Below are positions 39,569-48,335 of a DNA stretch of 53,679 nucleotides, in pieces. The notes under the pieces are model-generated. The model saw only the letters and a list, made by a program, of their open reading frames with translations, was not told where the DNA came from and did not search any database. Source of the stretch: Bacilli bacterium. Its GTDB lineage: Bacteria > Bacillota_I > Bacilli_A > ML615J-28 > CAG-313. Location: the NCBI GenBank assembly GCA_900752975.1, contig CAADXH010000088.1:1-53679 (forward strand), written 5' to 3'. The position numbers and the translations under genes were made by a program. The first letter of the stretch is position 1. The number at the start of each line of letters is the position of its first letter.

Positions 39569-41701
39569 ATGAAAGAACAAATAATTAAATTATTAAGTAC
39601 TCCCAAACACCAGTTACTAAAAGCTAATGAAATATATAAAGAACTAGGTCTTACGACCGAAGATGAATACGATATATTAGGAAATGCATTAGAAGAATTA
39701 GAGAATGAATTTGTAATTACTCATAATAAACAAAACGCTTTTGCCTTACTACCTTATTTTCAAATGCTAAAAGGCGTGATAAATATTAAAGAGGGTGGAT
39801 ATGGCTTTGTTGATGGTGATGATTTTAGTGTACATGTTGATGACGGGAAAACTGGAACGGCCATTTCTGGTGATACAGTTATTGTAAAGTTTACAAAATC
39901 AAAAAAAGCAAGTTACGAGGGGGAAGTAACAAGAATAGTAAAAAGATGTACTAAAACTATTGTTGGTCCATTAATTAAAAGAAAAGGACGTTATTTTGTA
40001 AAAGCAACTATTAATAAGAATACTATCTGGTGTGTCATTCGTGATCATAAAAATGCGAAAACTCATAATGTTGTAAAAGTAGAAATCACAAAATATTATG
40101 CTTTTAACCAAATTGAAGGTAATGTAATCGAAGTATATGGTGATGAATCAGAAGTAGGTATGGATATTACTATGCAAGTTCTTGCGAGTGGTATAAAATA
40201 TCAATTTGATAAGGAAACTTGTGATGAAGCCGCATCCTTACCTCAAGTGGTTGACCTAACCAAATATAAAAAGCGTAGAAACTTAAGTAACGAATTGATT
40301 ATAACAATAGATGGTGATGATGCGAAAGACTTTGATGATGCGGTTAACGTAAAAAAACTTAAAAGTGGTAACTATCTTCTAACTGTATGTATAGCTGATG
40401 TTAGTGAATATGTTAAAGAAAATAGTTATTTAGATATTGAAGCATATACAAGAGGAACAAGCGTGTATTTACCTGATCGCGTAATTCCAATGTTACCATT
40501 TGAACTTTCAAATGGTATATGTTCCCTAAATGAAGGACAGTACCGTCTTGTAATGGTTGCGGAAATGGAATTTGACCACCTTGGTAATTTAGTAAATAGT
40601 GATCACTATGAAGGAATTATCAAAAGTGCTCATCGCATGACATATCAAAATGTAAACAAAATACTAGAAGAAAAAGATGAAAAATTAATTAGTCAATATC
40701 AAGACATTTATGAAATGCTTATTGATATGCAAGACCTTGCTAAAATACTATATGATAAGCGAATCAAACGAGGTTCATTTGATTTTGAGACAAGTGAGGC
40801 TAAATTAAATTTAAATCCAGATGGTACTGTTAAAAGTATTGAATTAAGGGAAAGACGTACCGCTGAAAAACTAATTGAAGAGTTTATGCTTGTCGCCAAT
40901 GAAAGTGTTGCAGAAAAAATGACATGGCTTGATGTACCATTTTTATATCGTGTTCATGATGAACCAGATGAAACAAGATTAAATCTATTTATGAATCGCT
41001 TAAAAACCTTAAAACAAGAGTTTTCATATAAAAACAAAACTGCTCTACCAAAAGCTTTACAACAGTTTTTATTAGATACTAATGCAGAAGAAAATACTCT
41101 TGAAAAAACTACCAAAAGTGTTATTAGTAATACTCTACTTAGAACTATGGCAAAAGCTAAATATCAGGAGATTAACATTGGCCATTATGGTTTGGCCAGC
41201 AAATGCTATACACACTTTACTTCACCAATTAGAAGATATCCAGATTTACTTGTTCATAGATTAATGAAACAATTTTTATTTAATCATCAAGAAACTACGG
41301 AAATTGATCCTTTAGGTTACTTTACAATTAAAGTTCATGAAACAGGACTTTCTTCAAGTGCTAGTGAAAAAACGGCAGAAAATTTGGAGCGTAGTACTGT
41401 TGATATGAAAAAATGTGAATATATGGAAAAGTATATTGGAAACGTGTTTACAGGTATGATTTCATCAGTGGTAAACTGGGGATTATATGTCACCCTTGAT
41501 AACACTGTTGAAGGATTAGTTAGATTTGATGATTTACCACATGATTACTATGAGGTTGATGAAACTGCCGGTATAATTTATGGAACTAGTAAAAATCATA
41601 CTTTTAGATTAGGTGATATTGTACGCGTAAAATTAGTTGATGTAAACTCAAGCAAAAAACAAATCACATTTAGAATGATGAGGAAATTAGAGAATGAATA
41701 A
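39569..41701 (+). CDS. rnr: Ribonuclease R
   Basis: RNB domain motifs ITIDGDDAKDFDDAV, HYGL....YTHFTSPIRRYPDL. C-terminal S1 domain. Confidence 0.9.
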   Translation: MKEQIIKLLSTPKHQLLKANEIYKELGLTTEDEYDILGNALEELENEFVITHNKQNAFALLPYFQMLKGVINIKEGGYGFVDGDDFSVHVDDGKTGTAISGDTVIVKFTKSKKASYEGEVTRIVKRCTKTIVGPLIKRKGRYFVKATINKNTIWCVIRDHKNAKTHNVVKVEITKYYAFNQIEGNVIEVYGDESEVGMDITMQVLASGIKYQFDKETCDEAASLPQVVDLTKYKKRRNLSNELIITIDGDDAKDFDDAVNVKKLKSGNYLLTVCIADVSEYVKENSYLDIEAYTRGTSVYLPDRVIPMLPFELSNGICSLNEGQYRLVMVAEMEFDHLGNLVNSDHYEGIIKSAHRMTYQNVNKILEEKDEKLISQYQDIYEMLIDMQDLAKILYDKRIKRGSFDFETSEAKLNLNPDGTVKSIELRERRTAEKLIEEFMLVANESVAEKMTWLDVPFLYRVHDEPDETRLNLFMNRLKTLKQEFSYKNKTALPKALQQFLLDTNAEENTLEKTTKSVISNTLLRTMAKAKYQEINIGHYGLASKCYTHFTSPIRRYPDLLVHRLMKQFLFNHQETTEIDPLGYFTIKVHETGLSSSASEKTAENLERSTVDMKKCEYMEKYIGNVFTGMISSVVNWGLYVTLDNTVEGLVRFDDLPHDYYEVDETAGIIYGTSKNHTFRLGDIVRVKLVDVNSSKKQITFRMMRKLENE

Positions 41702-42158
41702 TGAAAAAATCGTTTGTCAAAACAAAAGAGCATATCATGATTATTTTATCGAAGAAGAACTTGAAGCTGGTCTTGTTTTAACTGGTACAGAAATTAAATC
41801 AATTAGAATGGGAAAAGCCAGTATTCAAGAAGCTTATTGTGATATTAAAGAAGGTGAACTTTTTGTAGTGGGAATGAGTATTTCACCATATGAAAAGGGA
41901 AACATCTTTAATCACCAAGAAAAAAGCAACCGTAAACTTTTAGTTCATAAAAAAGAAATCTTAAAACTATCTAATAAAACAATGCGTGAAGGTTACACAA
42001 TTATTCCTTTAAGAATTGTACTAAGAAATGGAATAGCAAAAATGGATATTGCACTTGCGAAAGGTAAAAAATTGTATGATAAAAGAGAAGATATGAAAAA
42101 ATCAAGTGATTTAGAATACATAAAAAAAGCAACAAAGGAGTCAAGATATGCCGACTAA
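41694..42158 (+). CDS. smpB: SsrA-binding protein SmpB
   Basis: NKRAYHDYFIEE..EAG..L.GTEIKS.R, R.RKLL.HK.EI. Confidence 0.9.
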   Translation: MNNEKIVCQNKRAYHDYFIEEELEAGLVLTGTEIKSIRMGKASIQEAYCDIKEGELFVVGMSISPYEKGNIFNHQEKSNRKLLVHKKEILKLSNKTMREGYTIIPLRIVLRNGIAKMDIALAKGKKLYDKREDMKKSSDLEYIKKATKESRYAD

Positions 42159-44055
42159 ATATGAAGATGCTATAGAAACTCTTAAAAATGGAGAATATGA
42201 AGAAGCGTATCAAAAGTTCTCTAAAATATATGAAAATGATAATAATGATTATTTAGCATTATTTTACCGAGCAGCAACAGCATTTACACATTTTGTGGAC
42301 AAAAGGAAGCAAACAATTGAAGATTTTGAAAGATTAATTGCGATTAATTCTCCTTTTAAATATCAATCAATGGCATATTTAGTGATGATTTATTGTAATA
42401 ATGAAGTGGAAAAAGCAATTAAATATGCAGATGAAGCAATCAAGCACAATCCTGAATTGTATTTAGATTTAAATTTTGCACTATCAAGAGCATATTTTGA
42501 ATATGGTGATGATGCATCATTATGTAAATCACTTGAGTACATCGATAAGTGTATCGAAAAAGATGAAGGAGAAACTTCGGACTTTTACATTTGTAAGGTA
42601 GAGATTCTTATAACCCTTGGTAAATTTGAACAAGCAGAAGAAATTCTTGATCTTGTTTATACAAAATTTGGTGGTTCCCTTAACTACTATTATTTAACCG
42701 CAAAACTTAAAATTGCCATATACTACAAAAGAAATGACCCTTGGTTACTTGATAAAGCCCTTTCTGATTTAGCACTTGCTAATCAATATGAAGAAAATAA
42801 TTGTAGCGTTGTTTTACTAAAAGTAGAGATTTATTCATTAAAGAAAGAAAAAGAAAAAGCTCTAAAAGAACTTGAAAATGCTAAAGAATATTTTGATGAT
42901 GAGTCTTATTTAGTTGAACAATTCAAAATATATGAAGAGTTAGGTGAAGATGACACCATAGTCAAAATTGCTTATGAATATTTGAAGGAACATGAATCAT
43001 GGCGTATTTATTATTCACTAGGATTCTTTCTTGCGAAAAATGCGAAGAGTCTAATTGAAATAGAAGAATTAAAATCAGTATACTTAAAAGCATACAATTT
43101 GCATAAAGAAATATTTATTTTTGATGAAGTCTATCGTCTTAATTTTATTTTATCATGCGATCATGAAAATTTAGAATTACTAGAAGATTTAATAAAAATT
43201 TATCCTGAAGATGGTCGTTTGCGTTTTCTTTTAGGTGAAACTAAACATCGTTTAAATTATGAATATGATGAAGTTTTAAATGAGTTTAATGCTTCATATA
43301 AACTTAAATACTTAGATGAGTTTAAATATTTAACCTTGATAATGCCACTAACAATTGCACCTAAAAAAATAGAAAAAAAACTAAAAAAATACCAGAAAAA
43401 GGATTTCCATCCATCTGATATTTGGCTATTACGTAAACTTGGAATAATGTATTTATATGGTGAAGATGGTTTTAAACAAATGCCTAATTTTGCCGAGTCA
43501 ATTCTTGAGTACTGTAATACTGTGGTTACTGATGATGCTTGTATGAAAACTTCCCTTGGTAGAGCACATGAACTTAATCACTCAAGTATGGCTGCCTTTA
43601 AATGTTATGAAGAAGCTTATCAGGCAGAACTTGCTGAAGCATTACCTGTTTGTAATTGTGCAAATGGTTATTTAGCTCATGCTTACATAAATGGTATTGG
43701 AACTAATGTTGATGAAGAAAAAGCTAAAAAATTAATACTTGAAGGAATATCTTTCCTAAAAGAAAAGTCTAGTAATATCGTAATATACCTTTATGCTTAC
43801 TTTGCCTTAAAAGGGGATAAACGTTTTAGCTTAAGTACTGCACTTTCTTATTTAGAGACAAAATATCCATTTTATCGTTATGAAATATCAAGAGCAATAA
43901 TGATTAATATTATTCGTAAAAAACTTAGTTTATCAACTAAAAATAGTCAAGAATATATCAAACAATGTTTAAAACAAGGCAATAAAACAGCAAAACTTTA
44001 TTATAAAGAAAATAAAAATAAAGAGTTAATTTATCCATTATTTAATAACTACTAA
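42148..44055 (+). CDS. TPR/Sel1-like repeat protein (635 aa), overlapping the smpB stop
   Basis: Repeated amphipathic helical pairs (for example EEAYQKFSKIYENDNNDYLALFYRA); C-terminal Sel1-like GYLAHAYINGIGTNVDEEKAKKLILEG. Confidence 0.55.
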   Translation: MPTKYEDAIETLKNGEYEEAYQKFSKIYENDNNDYLALFYRAATAFTHFVDKRKQTIEDFERLIAINSPFKYQSMAYLVMIYCNNEVEKAIKYADEAIKHNPELYLDLNFALSRAYFEYGDDASLCKSLEYIDKCIEKDEGETSDFYICKVEILITLGKFEQAEEILDLVYTKFGGSLNYYYLTAKLKIAIYYKRNDPWLLDKALSDLALANQYEENNCSVVLLKVEIYSLKKEKEKALKELENAKEYFDDESYLVEQFKIYEELGEDDTIVKIAYEYLKEHESWRIYYSLGFFLAKNAKSLIEIEELKSVYLKAYNLHKEIFIFDEVYRLNFILSCDHENLELLEDLIKIYPEDGRLRFLLGETKHRLNYEYDEVLNEFNASYKLKYLDEFKYLTLIMPLTIAPKKIEKKLKKYQKKDFHPSDIWLLRKLGIMYLYGEDGFKQMPNFAESILEYCNTVVTDDACMKTSLGRAHELNHSSMAAFKCYEEAYQAELAEALPVCNCANGYLAHAYINGIGTNVDEEKAKKLILEGISFLKEKSSNIVIYLYAYFALKGDKRFSLSTALSYLETKYPFYRYEISRAIMINIIRKKLSLSTKNSQEYIKQCLKQGNKTAKLYYKENKNKELIYPLFNNY

Positions 44056-44342
44056 AATCTTCGATTATTCTTTCGCATTAATTCATTAATCTGTTGTTGT
44101 AGATTGTTAATATCTTGATAAGTTGGTCGCTTAATTTGCCCACTACCCTGAGCGTTGAAGGTTAAAATTAATTGTCCAACTAGCTCAAGCCAATTTCCGA
44201 GTGAATTTTGTTGACTTATGGTTAGGTTACATGATAAAATATATCCGATGATCACACCTAGAGTCGCGAACTCAAAGGGGGTTAATGTCATTAGCCAATC
44301 CGCGAATGATCCGATATCTTGACAAGAATCTTGATAATTCAT
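44052..44342 (-). CDS. Hypothetical small protein (96 aa) with a hydrophobic core segment
   Basis: ORF with a GGGGGAAATC-ATG RBS context; LTPFEFATLGVIIGYIL hydrophobic stretch. No family recognised. Confidence 0.4.
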   Translation of the reverse strand: MNYQDSCQDIGSFADWLMTLTPFEFATLGVIIGYILSCNLTISQQNSLGNWLELVGQLILTFNAQGSGQIKRPTYQDINNLQQQINELMRKNNRRF

Positions 44343-44420
44343 ATGATTTCCCCCTTATATAATAATACTAACTAAATAACAAAATAATTCATAAAACAAA
44401 AAGGTTTTAAAGGGTGTAGT

Positions 44421-44912
44421 ATGAAAGTATTAAAAAAACAATATAATAGTAAAATGTGCATTATATGTGGAATGAACAATGAAGCAGGTCTTAAGGCTCC
44501 ATTTTATGAAATGGAAAATAATACAGTTGTAACCATTGTGACTTTTCGTCAAATTCATCAAAGTTATCCCGAAAGAACCCATGGGGGAATGATTTCAACA
44601 TTACTTGATGAAATAATTGGTCGTGCCATTTGGATTGAAGAACCAACTTCTTGGGGTGTAACCATGGACATTCATGTTAAATTTAGAAAACCAGTTCCTC
44701 TAGATACACAAGTAATGGCATATGGTAAGATAACGAGAAATACTTCCAAATTCTTTACAGGAGTTGGAGCCATTATGACAATGGATGGTGAAATACTTGC
44801 TGAAGGAACCGCAAACTATATTAAGTTAAAAACAAATCAAATTGCAACTACAGACATTCACGATGATGTAAATGTTTATGTTGAAGATAATGTTACCGAG
44901 ATAAATATCTAG
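44421..44912 (+). CDS. PaaI-family hotdog-fold thioesterase
   Basis: HGGMISTLLDEIIGRA motif, ~160 aa, N-terminal CIICG. Confidence 0.7.
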   Translation: MKVLKKQYNSKMCIICGMNNEAGLKAPFYEMENNTVVTIVTFRQIHQSYPERTHGGMISTLLDEIIGRAIWIEEPTSWGVTMDIHVKFRKPVPLDTQVMAYGKITRNTSKFFTGVGAIMTMDGEILAEGTANYIKLKTNQIATTDIHDDVNVYVEDNVTEINI

Positions 44913-44921
44913 GTAACTCTT

Positions 44922-45007
44922 GCAGCAATGGCGGAATGGTAGACGCGCTACTTTGAGGGGGTAGTATACGAACGTATGTGTGAGTTCAAATCTCATTTGC
45001 TGCACCA
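44922..45007 (+). tRNA. tRNA-Leu (anticodon GAG), type II with long variable arm
   Basis: GCAGCAA TG GCG GAATGGTAGA CGC G CTACT TT-GAG-GG GGTAG TATACGAACGTATGT GTGAG TTCAAAT CTCAT TTGCTGC A CCA. Confidence 0.9.
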
Positions 45008-45018
45008 TAAGAAAAGCA

Positions 45019-45211
45019 AAGGTTTGATACAAAAGTATTGAACCTTTTTTCTTTGCATAAAGGGAGTTAGTTCCTTTCTGTAAGTAAACAGCAGAGCCTT
45101 GTAGGAGTGTTTAACCGCACTTTTGCAGGGCTCTTTTTCTTTATATGTAATAATTACGGAACGAAAGGTATATCTGCGGAACGATAGATATTGCTACGGG
45201 ACGATATTTTT
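45019..45211 (+). repeat. Cassette left-end module A, copy 1: two terminator-like hairpins followed by three 20-bp-phased direct repeats
   Basis: Recurs at 46325-46518. The first 45 nt differ at one position. AACCGCACTTTTGCAGGGCTCTTTTTCTTTAT is identical in both copies. Hairpins at 45019-45051 and 45094-45140. Confidence 0.85.
45157..45210 (+). repeat. Three phased direct repeats (iteron-like) in A1
   Basis: CGGAACGAAAGGTA (45157), CGGAACGATAGATA (45177), CGGGACGATATTTT (45197); exact 20-bp spacing. Confidence 0.8.
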
Positions 45212-45234
45212 TTGTTATGCAGTAGGCGAATGTA

Positions 45235-45263
45235 TTGTAAAAATACGATTTTTGTGCTATAAT
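45235..45263 (+). promoter_or_regulatory. Sigma-A promoter for cassette 1 cargo
   Basis: TTGTAA, 17 nt, TATAAT; 36 nt upstream of the GTG at 45300. Confidence 0.5.
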
Positions 45264-45299
45264 AAACTCAACGATAAGAATTTGGCGGAGGGAATAAAA

Positions 45300-46169
45300 G
45301 TGATAATAGAATTTAAATATTCAGTGGTTCAGGATTTAATGTATCATATCTTAGCACACATGAAAGTGGATAATCCATCAAATTTGTATTCCGAAGCATA
45401 CATAGATAATGTTAAGGAAATTAAAAAAGGTAGATATGATAGTATTACAGATGTAGTATCGCCTTTATCAAATTACTATAACGAAAACTTTGAAAGATTA
45501 GGAGTAATTAATTTTCTACCGTTTGTGTGTTCTTCTGTTCAAGATTTAATAGGTGCAATCGAAAACTATTATGGCTTCACAGAAACAGATAAGAAAGAAT
45601 TTATATTTCCACTAATTCAACTTTTAAAAAGTGAATTTGAATTTTATGAAGGCTACTGGAACGAACTATATGCCACAACCTCTATATGTAGAAAATCGTT
45701 TGAATCGTGGTTGAAAAGTGGAATGAGCAAATATGAGACATTATTCTCATATTTTAATAAATCTGCTGTAGTAGGTATGTCTTATAGTTTGACAAACAAT
45801 GGTAGAGGATTTGGAGACACATCTTCATTTAATGCAGTTGTTCCATTTGCTTTTGATGAAAGTGAATATAAAAATATCTTCTATCAAATATTGCATGAGT
45901 ATACACATCAATTCACAGATAAATTGATTGGTGAAAGTATCAGAATGGATGATGAGACACATGATAGTTCTGAGAAAGCAGTGATTTTATTTGATTATTA
46001 TTTGGTAAAAAAACTATATAAAGAAGATACGGATTCCTACTTGAAATGGATTGGCTCACTTGCAAACGCTGATAATTGTGATGAAAATTTATTTTTATCT
46101 GTTTTTAAAATCAACGATGACATCAATGAAAAACTATTGGAATTGGTAGAGAAGATAACAAGAAGATAA
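45300..46169 (+). CDS. Hypothetical protein with an HExxH motif (cassette 1 cargo)
   Basis: GGAGGG RBS plus GTG at 45300; YQILHEYTHQF contains HEYTH. The upstream part of the track ORF (45123-45299) overlaps the A1 repeat and the promoter. Confidence 0.5.
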   Translation: MIIEFKYSVVQDLMYHILAHMKVDNPSNLYSEAYIDNVKEIKKGRYDSITDVVSPLSNYYNENFERLGVINFLPFVCSSVQDLIGAIENYYGFTETDKKEFIFPLIQLLKSEFEFYEGYWNELYATTSICRKSFESWLKSGMSKYETLFSYFNKSAVVGMSYSLTNNGRGFGDTSSFNAVVPFAFDESEYKNIFYQILHEYTHQFTDKLIGESIRMDDETHDSSEKAVILFDYYLVKKLYKEDTDSYLKWIGSLANADNCDENLFLSVFKINDDINEKLLELVEKITRR

Positions 46170-46210
46170 TAGCATCACTGGTTGTTTATAACGCACTTAA
46201 TCTTTTTACA

Positions 46211-46314
46211 AATTCCAATTTATCGGTGCGTTTAACTGTACGCAAATTTTGACAAGGTGTACGCACTTTTTATGGGGTGTACGCAAATTGTATCAAAATA
46301 GGTATTCGCACACA
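46211..46314 (+). repeat. Cassette right-end module B, copy 1
   Basis: AATTCCAATTT...then GTACGCA at 46238, 46259 and 46279 (21- and 20-bp spacing)...GTGTACGCAAATTGTATCAAAATAGGTATTCGCACACA. Recurs at 53364-53486. Confidence 0.85.
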
Positions 46315-46324
46315 AAAGAGAGAT

Positions 46325-46518
46325 AAGGTTTGATACAATAAGTATTGAACCTTTTTTCTTTGCATAAAGGTTTTATTTCCCTATCTGTAAACGATCATCA
46401 AAACCTTGTGAGAGTTTTTAACCGCACTTTTGCAGGGCTCTTTTTCTTTATGATAAATAGCTACGGAACGATAGATATTGCTACGGGACGATAGGTGCAT
46501 CAGCGGAACGAAAGGTTT
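46325..46518 (+). repeat. Cassette left-end module A, copy 2
   Basis: See A1. Phased units CGGAACGATAGATA (46464), CGGGACGATAGGTG (46484), CGGAACGAAAGGTT (46504), a circular permutation of the A1 unit order. Confidence 0.85.
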
Positions 46519-46564
46519 ATTTGATAAATTTTTAATTTTTGCCTCGACATATTTTGCAAATTAA

Positions 46565-46593
46565 TTGTTTTTTACTTTTGAAAGTGTTATAAT
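46565..46593 (+). promoter_or_regulatory. Sigma-A promoter downstream of A2
   Basis: TTGTTT, 17 nt, TATAAT. Confidence 0.4.
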
Positions 46594-46733
46594 TTTATAT
46601 ATGATTTGATATTTTGTACGAGTCGATAATATGAAAATAGACTATCCAGCGACTATTATCAAGGTAAGAGCAACGCTGAACCTAGGGTGAAAGCAGCAGA
46701 GGACCCGGAAAAAATGCTGCAGGAATTAGAATA

Positions 46734-47480
46734 ATGAAAATAATATTATCTCCAGCAAAAAAGATGAATATAAACCTTGATACTTTAGAACCTATGGGAT
46801 TGCCCATGTTTATTGATAGGTCTACGGAAATATTAGCATGGTTCAAAGACAAGTCTAAAGATGAGTTAAAGGAATTGTGGGAATGCAATGATAAAATCGT
46901 GGAGCAAAATGTGAGACGTTTAGAGAATATGGACTTGTACCATAGGCTTACACCGGCGATATTATCATATGAAGGAATTGCGTACCAGTACATGGCTCCT
47001 ACAGTATTTGAGGATGGGCATTTTGAATATATACAGGAACATCTAAGGATATTATCAGCGTTCTATGGTGTTTTGAAGCCAATGGATGGAGTAACACCTT
47101 ACTGCTTAGAGATGAAGGCAAAAGCTACAATCGGAAATAAAAAAAACTTATATGAATATTGGGGGGATATGCTTTACAAAGGTGTTAGAGATGAGAAGGG
47201 CATTATAATTAATCTGGCATCAAAAGAATATTCTAAATGTATCGAGAGATATCTATCCGAAGAAGATACCTATATATCTATAACATTTTGCGAATTATCT
47301 GCCGGGAAACTAGTAACAAAAGGTACTTATGCAAAAATGGCACGAGGTGAAATGGTCAGATTCATGGCAGAAAACTGCATTGATAATCCCGAAGAAATAA
47401 AGAAATTCAATAGACTTGGATACGTTTTTAGAGAAGACTTATCTTCTAAAATAGAATATGTTTTTGAAAGAAGACTATGA
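46734..47480 (+). CDS. yaaA: Peroxide stress protein YaaA (UPF0246)
   Basis: MKIILSPAKKM, SYEGIAYQYM, LRILSAFYGVLKPMDGVTPYCLEM. Confidence 0.85.
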   Translation: MKIILSPAKKMNINLDTLEPMGLPMFIDRSTEILAWFKDKSKDELKELWECNDKIVEQNVRRLENMDLYHRLTPAILSYEGIAYQYMAPTVFEDGHFEYIQEHLRILSAFYGVLKPMDGVTPYCLEMKAKATIGNKKNLYEYWGDMLYKGVRDEKGIIINLASKEYSKCIERYLSEEDTYISITFCELSAGKLVTKGTYAKMARGEMVRFMAENCIDNPEEIKKFNRLGYVFREDLSSKIEYVFERRL

Positions 47481-47562
47481 GTTTGCTATCATAGTTTTTC
47501 TTGACTTTAATAAAGATACATAGTACAACATTTTATAGCATATGCCAAAAAAAGGTGTTAAG

Positions 47563-47927
47563 ATGCCAAGATGCAGAAAGAGAATAGTATGTAAAGAGCC
47601 TGATGTTAAAGTGTTTATACATCAGCAAAATGATAATAGCGAAATGTTGATTATGACTGTTGATGAATACGAAAGCATAAGACTGATTGACTTGGAAGGA
47701 TTCGGTCAGGAAGAATGTGCTAATAAGTTAGGTGTTGCACGGATAACTGCTCAATTAATTTATAATAATGCGAGAAAAAAATTGCAAAGGCGTTAGTGAT
47801 GGGAAACGAGCTTCAAATCGAAGGTGGAAATTATGTGCTTTGTGATGGTAGCCCGCATTGTAAAAAATGTCATTTGACGAAATCTTACTTGAATCAAAGA
47901 CAATTACAAGAAAAGGAGAATGGAATT
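47563..47927 (+). pseudogene. DUF134-family DNA-binding protein interrupted by a -1 frameshift in an A7 tract
   Basis: MPRCRKRIVCKEPDVKVF...ARKK then a stop 5 codons later in frame 0. The -1 frame from the A7 tract (47775-47781) reads IAKALVMGNELQIEGGNYVLC, the expected DUF134 C-terminus. Confidence 0.6.
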
Positions 47928-48308
47928 ATGCGAATAGCGGTAACATATGACAACGAAGAGGTATTTCAGCATTTTGGAAGAACAGAGAATTTTAAAGTAT
48001 ATGAAATAGAGAATAATCAAGTCATTTCTTCGGAAGTGATTAGCTCAAATGGACAAGGACATGGTGCTCTGGTAGGAGTGCTTGCAACAAATCAGATAGA
48101 TGTACTTATTTGTGGCGGTATCGGAGGCGGTGCACAGATGGCGCTTGCAGAAGCCGGAATAGAACTGTGTGCAGGTGCAACGGGAAATGTGGATAAAGCA
48201 GTTTCAAGTTATCTTGCCGGTACACTTGTAAATACCGGTCCAAATTGTAATCACCATCACCATGAGGATAGACATGCTTGTGGAGACCATGGATGTGGAA
48301 AGCATTAA
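47928..48308 (+). CDS. NifB/NifX-family (dinitrogenase Fe-Mo cofactor domain) protein with a His/Cys-rich tail
   Basis: AAGGAG RBS. MRIAVTYDNEEVFQHFGRTENFKVYEI...GHGALVGVL....IDVLICGGIGGGA; tail NHHHHEDRHACGDHGCGKH. It is in frame with the shifted DUF134 tail, with no intervening stop. Confidence 0.7.
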   Translation: MRIAVTYDNEEVFQHFGRTENFKVYEIENNQVISSEVISSNGQGHGALVGVLATNQIDVLICGGIGGGAQMALAEAGIELCAGATGNVDKAVSSYLAGTLVNTGPNCNHHHHEDRHACGDHGCGKH

Positions 48309-48335
48309 TTTATAAAACGAATTGAGGTGTAAGAA

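Noticed and set aside
42159-44921. Expected tmRNA (ssrA) downstream of smpB.
   Set aside because: The interval is filled by protein-coding ORFs. No tRNA-Ala-like acceptor/T-arm or tag-ORF structure was seen.
45123-45299. N-terminal 59 codons of track ORF 45123-46169.
   Set aside because: This stretch lies over repeat module A1 and a sigma-A promoter. A GGAGGG RBS plus GTG at 45300 is a far better start.
46580-46600. PerR/Fur-like box (GTTATAATTTTATAT) in front of the oxidative-stress block.
   Set aside because: It is only a partial match to TTATAATnATTATAA, it overlaps the -10 element, and in DNA this AT-rich it is indistinguishable from chance.
46631-46733. Possible riboswitch upstream of yaaA (CTAGGGTGAAAGC...GGACCCGG loosely recalls guanidine-I/ykkC elements; a GCAGC...GCTGC hairpin sits next to the RBS).
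   Set aside because: Only fragments of the consensus are present. The stretch also reads as the C-terminal remnant of a coding sequence (...VKAAEDPEKMLQELE-stop), which explains the composition equally well. An Infernal scan would settle it.
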